A DNA stretch of 64,000 bases. Source: Oopsacas minuta (taxonomy: Eukaryota > Animalia > Porifera). A program made the translations under genes and the position numbers. Shown piece after piece: positions 23,301-31,130 of the stretch. Numbering within the stretch: position 1 is the first letter of the stretch; each line of letters opens with the position of its first letter. The notes beneath the pieces were generated by a model. That model saw only the letters and a list, made by a program, of their open reading frames with translations. It had not been told where the DNA came from and ran no database searches. The stretch covers positions 434,001 through 498,000 of the forward strand of contig JAKMXF010000210.1 of NCBI GenBank assembly GCA_024704765.1, read 5' to 3'.

Positions 23301-26272
23301 TATCCTTCGAGTCAAAATGTCCTTGTGTGTATGTACCAGGCATTCCCATCCAAATAGATGGAGTTAGAAAACAAGACTCAGGATTTCCGTAGAAAGGAGG
23401 ATATCCTATTAGCTCTCCAAACTCCTCTGACGTGATCAATCCCTTCTTAGCAAAGTATACGAGTTTTTCCTCTTCTCGAGCCTCTCTTTTGTTTGTTGTT
23501 ATGTCTACAAAGTCTTTTATAGACATTCTAACACGATTAATAATCTTTTTTCCTGATTTGCTTATCTCGTCTTTGTATTCTCCTTGTCTAACGTCTCCAA
23601 ACAGCATATGTCCATATTTGGAAGAGATGTATTCCCAATGCCACTTGCTTAGTACTTCCTGACTAATCATATCTGTAAAGACTACAGGCAATCCAACAGG
23701 AGCTATGTAGCTATTGAAAAGATCCGAAGAGGGAGTTTTCATACGAGCAACTTGTCTTATTCTTGGTAGTAATGAGCTAGCTCTCTGTATAGTGTCTAAG
23801 GAGTCTATACTATTATCACTCCAGCCCTTCAACTGGCTTAGATCCATGTCTTTATAAAGTAATGGTGTTTCAGATTCACTCATCTCTTCGGTAGGCATCT
23901 GTGTGGTTGGCTCGAATTTGTTGATTTCCAGAGCGTATGGGAAAGGGGACATATAAAGGTAATTCAGAATACATAGTTGGATAAGTAGAGCCACAAAGAA
24001 GAATGAGAGAATTATTACTTTCCATGTGAACGAGTTCATTACTGAGGTTTTATTATATGAATAGTAGGAATGAAGTTTGTTTGCTTGTCAGTTTAGCATT
24101 TATGGAACATTATCAACAAGCAAACTCGGACTAATAATATATTAACACAACATCAAGTAGATTTATGTGTAAAATGATAATATTCAATAACTAATAAGAA
24201 TTGATAGAAAGAGAAATCAGGCCAGTAAACCTTTTCGAAGAGAAGCAAGGAATTGCAAGCCTGCCATAATAGAAAGCTAGACAGTCTCCTCTCTCCAGAT
24301 GTTCTAATCACAAGACAAGGCTCAGGGCTAGGACTGGTGTACAGATTCTCACTTATATCTTTCTCTGATATTCTTCTCGTCGGGTTAGCTAGATGTATCT
24401 GGTTGATTGAGTTAACAATCTCTTCTGTTGACAAATAAGCTACGCATATATTGAGTGTGAATGCGTTATTCCTCTTTGAATCGTTTTGCACTCTCTCTAC
24501 GATATCTTGCAAGTCTTGAGGAAGAGTTGATATCTTTCCTATTATTTTTATCCGAGCTCCTGTCCTGATGAGAGATTCTCTATGTGATAGCATCTGCTCG
24601 AACTTCTCTCTGGCCAATTGCATTAGACCGTCAACCTCATCTTGAGGCCTGTATGTGGAGAATACATTTACACATTTAACTTACATCCATACCAGAGATG
24701 GAACCGGTTAGCTTTTTCATGACCCGACCCGACCGGCCGCTCGACCGGTCGATGGGAACTTTGACTATACACTGCCTGGCCAAAAGTATTGGAACACCCT
24801 GCCGCTTGTGATAGAGAAAAGACAATAGTGGATTTAGTAGTCAAGATTAAAATCTTCTATAAGATCTGTACTAAATTGTTTATTTATGGTCTAGTTTAAT
24901 CGAACTGCTAAGTTGAAGTTTTGGTCAATATGATTACAGTATCAAATTCAGATTTACCATATTCAGAAATTATGACCGGTACCCGACCCGACCCGACCGG
25001 TTCCATCTCTGATCTATACTACTGTTTAAATATCTACCTGTTAAAGTTTTCAAGACTGAAAGCATATACAGTTGCCTCCTTCACTCCCAGATCTCTGCAC
25101 CACCTTACCACATCGATCATCTTTTCAAATCCTGCTCTATGCCCTAGAGTGACGTCATCCAGCTTGTTCTTTCTCGCGAATCTCCTATTTCCATCCATAA
25201 TGATAGCGATATGATTCGGTATGCTTGTGCTAGGCAGGAGGTACCATAGTATGTACATGATGTACTTTTGGATTAGCTTTATAATCTTCCTGATGAACAC
25301 CCTCATGTTTATCCTGCAACCCTTTAAATTATTAGATGACCCGTTTCTGCCAACAAAATTATATCCATTTGGTTAGTCAACAACAACAGTTATTAATAAC
25401 TATTACATCTATTGTGTGTGCTATATCAAGTATCTATTTGCACCAATCTAATTATTCCACATAATTATGTAGAATTGTAGTATCCATTACTTTTAACCTC
25501 TCCCTTATATTGCATAGTAGGCTTATTTACTTTATTATAAGTTGCATAAGTTCCTCCTTCCCGGACATAATATTAGCTAGATATCCTTCTCCTTTCTTCC
25601 TATATTTTTCAGTTATTTTATATTTATTAGACATTTTCCTATTGATCACAAGAGCTACAAATCTCATGACAACTTGTTGCTTTGTGGTTCTTGCCATCTG
25701 ATAACAAGCCTCAATGAAGATATATTAAAATTACGTATCTCTAAGGAGTATGATGCACCAATTGACTCAGGAGCTTCCAAACTTAACTCTGACCCAATTT
25801 TATACAAAGTAAAGAATGCTGCTAGGTATGTCTTAATACGTATTAGCTATTTATAATTACATGACTTTAATATGGATATTATTCCTCAGGGCATTGGCAC
25901 AATCTAAAAATCCACTACCTGACGAAAGGGCAATTCAGTACAGAGAGATTCTTAAAGATTTCTACCAGGTAGAGGAATTGGATGAAGAGCAAATTCGAGA
26001 AGCTGCTAAGATCGATCCAAAGTAAGTTAATTCTGTAATTAGCTATTCAGGAATTTTGTTCTAGATTAATTGTATTATAAAATTTGTGAAGGAATGAGAA
26101 TCCAAATTACCATGGTCATGGAGAAAAGGTAGTCGAACAAGTGATGGCTAATGGAGAGTTACTTGAATTCCAGATGCGATGGAGACAACATTTTCTTGAG
26201 ACTATGAAACCAAAATTCTTACCAGAGCTTTGGTCAGCAACTCATAACCCTAATAAAGATAAATATTTCTAG
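17307..26272 (+). CDS. EXD2: EXD2 3'-5' exonuclease, 10 exons, hosting five nested genes
   Basis: Exons 17307..17379, 17444..17885, 17946..18062, 20851..20962, 21018..21234, 22502..22666, 22722..22899, 25631..25825, 25890..26021, 26092..26272 total 1812 nt (603 aa), all GT-AG with matching phases. N-terminal TM anchor, LGFDCEW, SNW...[34 protein letters not shown] and [16 protein letters not shown] are colinear with EXD2. The exon 5 donor could alternatively be an in-phase GT near 21199. Confidence 0.92.
18321..20732 (+). CDS. Class C GPCR, GABA-B receptor-like (nested in EXD2 intron 3, same strand)
   Basis: Signal peptide, Venus-flytrap domain ([36 protein letters not shown]), 7TM region and C-terminal coiled coil; single exon of 803 aa. 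Confidence 0.9.
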   Translation: MRAIIFVICLSILAANCQKVDIHIAGIYPANGSWSAPNIPISVRLALEHINSNNVVPGYTLRIDLENSQCKNTIGLSRLFHFIQNPNYTYVSLFGDGCSVVTGAVAEISYLYGLVSVAFASTSPSLANTERYPTLIRSRPSESSTIPARLRFITENGWKRIAIINQQEDLFVSTSHELQKLLNIDSVHYRIEIIDPKGPNLLEQLQGALALIEKEGYRIIVANMYQTLAVQLLCIMKSSGLQPPLVTWIFPGWYTDSWYDSPVQLSNITCTPEEIKRLSNGSLAFYAGPRFVDFNAENSTTISGYTAEQLFAEYSERVEKESNTSPNPTFIETAYAYDSMWMIAQGLSKIALAYDLTKHPSEYANDLYNNITSLSFIGWSGEISFVGHQRVERRVQLLEFVNGKLEYRGLFDNVPVHESDYIQTDDITYNEIYPFTVWSPDKASDGIEIHFVDIWIVVVVFISAVMSSIYVSIVIIVILVGIAKKLKAVTTSQPWITILITSGNYFVFILAIVFVIDGRILGIGSKKNEQACYFICHLRIWLGSVWVSTTFGGILVKSLRYYIIAIKNRFEYRRELSTKYILIFPLLLVGIDTIFVLILRLVQPVTFMESEVSSGKINPPIYQISECGIEMGNSYIVILIILVLFKVLLMLLSILMAYNIRNIVNKNQRFSAIVSWVTYNGTVFVITVSLIYSFVSDVNIKYPLCAIAILVGGLITASIISAPTLHYMRVDPNYIEGAHTGATDAFPEDIQILRKRIEALERDKNNLEHRLVKRLSRSIPNVIMEDEMMRSTELILQDSSSIH
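21465..21734 (+). CDS. LSM5: U6 snRNA-associated Sm-like protein LSm5 (nested in EXD2 intron 5, same strand)
   Basis: [47 protein letters not shown]...[18 protein letters not shown]. Confidence 0.97.
   Translation: MATSTSALLPLELIDKCIGSKIHILLKNDKEIVGTLLGFDDFVNMVLEDVTEYEMTPEGRRITMLEQILLNGNSITMMIPGGEGPSVQS
21880..22380 (+). CDS. Uncharacterised 166-aa coiled-coil protein (nested in EXD2 intron 5)
   Basis: ATG-initiated ORF with E/K/L-rich heptads; no family recognised with confidence. Confidence 0.6.
   Translation: MSDIPDANVTDLNSFLLSPLLYSYQLNDSMKRRVIKHFESIELPNDKIGQFRLEWEKLANTHYTNLKSELLSEIALSKLESLDPEFNQELEKFTQTESGDSKVSRIEETINELCYKNEFELKSKLLSSLKVLNEKLTEKCDQIEERVLKEQQAISTLYETVKQNMK
22939..24039 (-). 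CDS. JmjC/cupin-8 2-oxoglutarate oxygenase with N-terminal membrane anchor (nested antisense in EXD2 intron 7)
   Basis: Metal-binding triad GHFDSKDN ... WVHAVEN; [10 protein letters not shown]; [13 protein letters not shown]; hydrophobic N-terminus. Confidence 0.88.
   Translation of the reverse strand: MNSFTWKVIILSFFFVALLIQLCILNYLYMSPFPYALEINKFEPTTQMPTEEMSESETPLLYKDMDLSQLKGWSDNSIDSLDTIQRASSLLPRIRQVARMKTPSSDLFNSYIAPVGLPVVFTDMISQEVLSKWHWEYISSKYGHMLFGDVRQGEYKDEISKSGKKIINRVRMSIKDFVDITTNKREAREEEKLVYFAKKGLITSEEFGELIGYPPFYGNPESCFLTPSIWMGMPGTYTQGHFDSKDNFVYQMIGRKRWTLFSPQDHPFLYMVSAKGSLEWSSALETLEKLDKTKFPLLLKANPIQVTLNPGEVLYLPRGWVHAVENLEPAFMINLWRYGPAEILKLWSNKVEREIQNICPAISSVK
24153..25306 (-). CDS. DHDDS: Dehydrodolichyl diphosphate synthase (cis-prenyltransferase), 2 exons (nested antisense in EXD2 intron 7)
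   Basis: Exons 25306..25038 and 24648..24153 (phase 2, 254 aa). [48 protein letters not shown]. Confidence 0.93.
24693..25011. mobile_element. hAT-type MITE in the DHDDS intron
   Basis: Perfect 16-bp TIR CAGAGATGGAACCGGT / ACCGGTTCCATCTCTG; 8-bp TSD ATCCATAC / ATCTATAC (7 of 8 match); subterminal GACCC repeats. Confidence 0.88.
24768..24803. mobile_element. Tc1/mariner-like terminal fragment inserted inside the hAT MITE
   Basis: TA+CACTGCCTGGCCAAAAGTATTGGAACACCCTGC matches the reverse complement of 58430..58464 with 3 mismatches; no second TIR nearby. Confidence 0.7.
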
Positions 26273-26318
26273 CATGAGACTTTATTGGTGAAATTTTCAT
26301 TTTGACTTATATACAGTG

Positions 26319-26790
26319 CAGGGTTCTATCTAGAATGTTAAATTTGGGGAGGAAGCTTTTGAAAATCTTAATGTTATGAATTATCAAAATACTGCAGAAC
26401 CATTAAATATCGAACTTTAAAATTATTTCTTAATCGTGAAGGTTTAGCGAAACATAATAATTCTCACAAACTGATTTTGCTAGTTGTTTAGGAAAGCATT
26501 GAGTGGAAACTTTTGCATCGTTCTCTGGTGGTTGTGGTTCAGACTCAGATTCATTGTTGGAATCAGAAAACTAATTTATCCATGTTGTAACACGAGGGTG
26601 ATCACTTATTACGTATGAGGAGTTAACAAGAAGAATATACATATATCCTATGGCTGTAGAGTAGCCACAGGATATATGTATATATAATTAGAATATTTGA
26701 AATTGTGATTTATATTGCAGTATAGGAAACCTTTGGTTGGGAAACTGAAGTATTTGGTGGAGAAGCTTCCCACCAGTAGATAGAACCCTG
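26319..26790. mobile_element. hAT-like MITE downstream of EXD2
   Basis: Perfect 14-bp TIR CAGGGTTCTATCTA / TAGATAGAACCCTG; decayed 8-bp flanks ATACAGTG / ATACGGAT (5 of 8 match). Confidence 0.72.
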
Positions 26791-26971
26791 ATACGGATTT
26801 ATATCAATACCATATCTGCAATCATAAGGCCATAAATCCTAATTTCTATGTATGCTCCTAATTATTCCAATTCTACGTTAATTAGGGATATTTTATTACC
26901 AATAAACCTATATATTGTGTATAATTTATTTTTTCTTCCGATTTAATTAGCATATATTAGTTTACATAGAA

Positions 26972-28462
26972 ATGATTACAAATGGTATTAACAGTGGAAA
27001 TGAAGATTATGATGAGACCATACACCTCTTCTCAGGATCACTTGATCCTAAATTCGTGGCTAGAAGAAAAGAAAAACTTATCCCTAGCTTGTTGGTGAGC
27101 TTAGTTTTGAGTCTACACGGTCTTGTTTCTGGCTATGCATTAGGCTATACTGCACCAGTAGAAACCAGCATAGTGCATAGTGAAACAAATCCTGATGGTA
27201 TAATGACAATGCCTATTTTCACCATATTCTCATCATTTTTTAACATCGGCGCTGCTGTTGGAGCATTGTCTACTGTATTTTTAAGTGATCTAATCGGACG
27301 TAAAGACACACTGATCATTAGTCTGGGCACTTGGAGTTTAGGCTTTTTAATGCTTGGGGTGTATCCCAATCAATGGTTGCTGATAGCAGGCCGTATTATT
27401 ACTGGAGTAGCATTAGGGATGTCTACTTCTGTAGCACCTATGTACATGGGAGAAATAGCTACTGCTAAATACAGAGGTATGCTTGGTACTCTATTCCAGC
27501 TCATGATTACTATTGGTATTTTGTTAGCATACGTAGTGGGTACTCCCTTTGCAAAAGTATCATATGGATATCTATGGGTTGGACAGGTAGGCTTGGGAAT
27601 TTCTCTTGTATCATTGGTATTGCTTGTGTTCCAACACAGGTCTCCTGTTTGGCTTGTGTATAAAGGTCGCGAGGAGGAGGCGATGTTAGCCCTTCGGGTT
27701 TTGAGGGGAAAAACCGCATCGATTCAAAATGACATGAGTAATGCTGCAAATCTTGCAGCCTCAAAAACAGAGAAGTACGACTATTCAATTATCTTTACAA
27801 AGCCTATATTCATGCCATTCCTACTTAGTGCAATGTTAATGGCATTCCAACAGTTATCAGGAATAAATGCAGTTATTTTCTACTCTACTGACATTCTAAA
27901 GGAAGCTGTCCCTGAAGTGCAACCTGAACTCATCCCATTACCTCCCGCGTTGGTGCAGGTGATCGTAACATTTGCAGCTTCCTTCTTTGTGGATCGTCTC
28001 GGTCGAAAGATCATGTTGTTGATCGCTAGTTTTGGAATGTGTGCCAGCTCAATTACGATTGGTACTTATTTCATACTTGTAGATAAGGTGTATACAAACT
28101 GTACTTCCGTTCACACTAACAATGATATTGCATGTCATGTTTTAAGTCCGATAGTAGTGATAGCTGTTTGTTGTTTCTTGGGGTTTTTCTCAGTGGCGTG
28201 GGGACCAATTCCCTGGGTATTCGCTTCTGAAATTCTCAATGTCAAACTCAAGAATGTGACGATCGCAATAGTTACTTTATGCTCATGGATGTCAAGTTTT
28301 GTTGTAACTATGGGGTTCCCTCCTTTTGTTAATCTTGTACATGAATACGGAGGCTTCTATACATTTGCTGCTATCAATATTATAGGGATCATTTTTATAT
28401 TATTCTTCCTGAAAGAAACAAAAGGTAAAACACTTGAGCAACTACAAAATCTTTACTCTTGA
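26972..28462 (+). CDS. SLC2A8: Facilitated sugar transporter, GLUT8/class III-like (MFS)
   Basis: 12 TM segments; DLIGRK, APMYMGEIATAKYRGMLG, QQLSGINAVIFY, DRLGRK, GPIPW, KETKGKTLEQ. Confidence 0.85.
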   Translation: MITNGINSGNEDYDETIHLFSGSLDPKFVARRKEKLIPSLLVSLVLSLHGLVSGYALGYTAPVETSIVHSETNPDGIMTMPIFTIFSSFFNIGAAVGALSTVFLSDLIGRKDTLIISLGTWSLGFLMLGVYPNQWLLIAGRIITGVALGMSTSVAPMYMGEIATAKYRGMLGTLFQLMITIGILLAYVVGTPFAKVSYGYLWVGQVGLGISLVSLVLLVFQHRSPVWLVYKGREEEAMLALRVLRGKTASIQNDMSNAANLAASKTEKYDYSIIFTKPIFMPFLLSAMLMAFQQLSGINAVIFYSTDILKEAVPEVQPELIPLPPALVQVIVTFAASFFVDRLGRKIMLLIASFGMCASSITIGTYFILVDKVYTNCTSVHTNNDIACHVLSPIVVIAVCCFLGFFSVAWGPIPWVFASEILNVKLKNVTIAIVTLCSWMSSFVVTMGFPPFVNLVHEYGGFYTFAAINIIGIIFILFFLKETKGKTLEQLQNLYS

Positions 28463-28683
28463 ATGAAACCCTCTAATAATACATTTCGTGTAATTCCAGC
28501 ATTTATAGTGCTTATGTAATATCCTTTACGATCGTTTAGGCGAGTGATTTGATTATATTTTTATTTTCTATGATATTTTCTATCGCATTTATCTTTACAT
28601 TATTTGCCTGAACTGTTGTTTTATTAACCTGTATTTCGAGATTTATTGATTATCACATGTAGGTATCATATGTTAATTAAATA

Positions 28684-28920
28684 TACTGTAAAATGGAGTT
28701 ACTTTTGCCCACTGGGTTTGCTTTGCGAGAAATATTGAACTTTTCAAGTAATTTCGAAAAGATTCAGTGTTAACTTCAAAATGACCAGCCAAACATTCAA
28801 ATATTCTAATATGCGTGTTCTTTTTAAAGTGTAATACTGAATGACTTCGAAATTTCTTTCGAACTTCAATATTCGGGCTAAAGCAAATCAAGTGGGCCAA
28901 TGTAGCCTCATTTTACGGTA
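28684..28920. mobile_element. Tc1/mariner-pogo-like MITE
   Basis: Imperfect TIR of about 55 bp: TA+CTGTAAAATGGAGTTACTTTTGCCCACT... versus ...AGTGGGCCAATGTAGCCTCATTTTACGG+TA; TA at both ends. Confidence 0.75.
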
Positions 28921-29030
28921 CGTATTCGTTGATAATATTCAATCCTCCGGTTAGACTTGATCCTTATGTCCATATAAACATTATACGAACTAAGATGATC
29001 ATATATGAATAATCAAATAACTTATATATA

Positions 29031-29190
29031 TATATAGCTCAACTATACTATAGTACAGTTTTTGTGTATTAGCTTTTCTATATTCGATGAAAGGTCATTT
29101 GTTAGGCCTAATGAAAGTCACCTTTTGGGAATGAGGGTATGGGTTTTTTGTGTTACAAAAAACTGTACTATACTATAGTTGAGCTATATA
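29031..29190. mobile_element. 160-bp MITE in TA-rich context
   Basis: TIR of about 34 bp TATATAGCTCAACTATACTATAGTACAGTTTTTG / CAAAAAACTGTACTATACTATAGTTGAGCTATATA, near perfect. Confidence 0.8.
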
Positions 29191-29246
29191 TAAGGAATCT
29201 GATATATAATACTGTGTAGTGCCACTATTATTATCCAATTTACTTT

Positions 29247-30143
29247 ATGACTGATCAAATACTTCTTAGTAGAATGGAATCCCCACCAGTAAAACCTAAA
29301 CAACCTATCAAACTAGGAGATGTTGATATTTACAGCGATGAGAGGGAAATTAGAGGAGCTGGAGGATTATTTCTAGAAAGAGTTTTGTCTTTCATATCTT
29401 GGATATTTGTATTATTTTTTCCGTTATGTTGGTTCTCAATGTGCAGGAATATTCCAGAGTATGAGCGTGCGGTTATTTTCACTTTCGGACGATCTGGTGA
29501 TTTCAAAGAGAAGGGACCAGGCTTTTTCATTGTTAACCCTTTGACGCAGAAGGTGATACAAATCGACAAACGACTCCGCACCCTGAATGTCCCTGTTCAG
29601 GAAATCTTAACCCGAGACGGAGTCTCTGTTCTTGTAGATGCTGTAATTAACTATAGGGTAGAAAACTGTGTGTTTGCTGTTAATAATATTATATCTTATG
29701 AATACGGCACAAGTCTCCTCGGACAGACAACTCTCAGAAATGTTCTAGGTTCTCAGAGTCTCTCCGAATTAATGTCTGATCGAGATAAGCTATCAGCAAA
29801 CATGCAAAAATTGCTAGACATTGCAACTGACCCATGGGGTATCAAGGTTGAGCGAGTTGATATCAAAGACTTGCGTCTTCCCACAGAACTCACTCGCGTT
29901 TTGGCAGCTGAAGCGGAGGCTCATCGCGAGGCCCGGGCTAAGATAATCGCGGCTGAGGGTGAGAAGAACGCAGCCACAGCACTTAACGAAGCAGCTCAGG
30001 TAATCGCCAGTAACCCTGCAGCACTGCAGTTACGTTACTTGCAGACCTTGAATACAATAGCAGGAGAGCACCAGTCTACAATTCTATTCCCTGTACCAAT
30101 GGATATGATGCAACCTGGTGCTGATAAAGTAAAGACACTGTAA
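29247..30143 (+). CDS. STOM: Stomatin/band-7 (SPFH) protein
   Basis: YERAVIF..GR, DPWGIKVERVDIKDLRLP, AAEAEAHREARAKIIAAEGE, LQLRYLQTL. Confidence 0.92.
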   Translation: MTDQILLSRMESPPVKPKQPIKLGDVDIYSDEREIRGAGGLFLERVLSFISWIFVLFFPLCWFSMCRNIPEYERAVIFTFGRSGDFKEKGPGFFIVNPLTQKVIQIDKRLRTLNVPVQEILTRDGVSVLVDAVINYRVENCVFAVNNIISYEYGTSLLGQTTLRNVLGSQSLSELMSDRDKLSANMQKLLDIATDPWGIKVERVDIKDLRLPTELTRVLAAEAEAHREARAKIIAAEGEKNAATALNEAAQVIASNPAALQLRYLQTLNTIAGEHQSTILFPVPMDMMQPGADKVKTL

Positions 30144-30353
30144 CTACAGTCTTACTGAATAATAAATATTTCCTATTCAACGTATTTATCAGTATATTTC
30201 GCTAATAGTATGTATGCCTAAGTAAGGTAAATTCTTAGTTGTGTGAAGTTAACTTATTCCTTTATGATATTATATATTTAGAAAATACTAATATTATGTC
30301 CGAAGGCAACAACTATACCGCGGTTATAGTATTATTTGTATGATAATCTAGTT

Positions 30354-30707
30354 ATGAATGCACCACCACCCTTTGAGTCATTTCTACTCTTAGACGGGGA
30401 GAAAAAGATTGTTATTCAGAAAGATACGAAAGTACCAAATGCTGCACATTTCATAGTGAATAAAGAAGATCATACACTGGGTAATCTTCTACGCGCTCAG
30501 CTCCTTAAAGATCCACAGGTCATTTTCGCAGGCTATAAAGTCCCACACCCTCTTGAACACAAATTCGTACTCCGTGTACAGACGAATGATGGATACACAC
30601 CGCAGGAAGCTCTATCTGTTGCGATTACTGATCTCATTAGTGAATTGAATTTGTTAGAAGAGAGTTTCAAAGAAGCTGTGGACGAAAAGAAGATGGCTCG
30701 CATGTGA
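30354..30707 (+). CDS. POLR2J: RNA polymerase II subunit RPB11
   Basis: [17 protein letters not shown]...[31 protein letters not shown]; first ATG is at 30354. Confidence 0.97.
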   Translation: MNAPPPFESFLLLDGEKKIVIQKDTKVPNAAHFIVNKEDHTLGNLLRAQLLKDPQVIFAGYKVPHPLEHKFVLRVQTNDGYTPQEALSVAITDLISELNLLEESFKEAVDEKKMARM

Positions 30708-31130
30708 CTATTTTGTTTAATTTGTCTTTTCTATAAGATTTTATGATGAAAATGAATTATATAAGGTGTCCGAATCATTAAATAAACTTGACTGTTTATA
30801 TAGAGCGTGATTTTTCAATCGCTCTACGTACTTTCTATTTTTGAATTACGTCAATAAGTTAGGTAATTTGAGGCACACCGTGTATGTAGAAACAAATACA
30901 ATAATACTGTTCTGCTTTAGTCTAAGGTTAGGGTCCAGATTTCTTATAAATGACTAAAACAATCGAAACAATTTCTAAGGCTTGTGTCATTATATATTGT
31001 GTTAGACAGATTGAATTTGTAATACAAACTTTTGAAGGAAATCTGAGCTCATTTTTAACAGAAATTATAATAACTATTGATATTGTATATAAGCATTCTG
31101 ATTTTATAACGATTGTATATTTGCTGATAG

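Noticed and set aside
28673-28900. 75-aa minus ORF as a transposase fragment
   Set aside because: It lies inside a non-autonomous MITE and has no DDE or HTH similarity.
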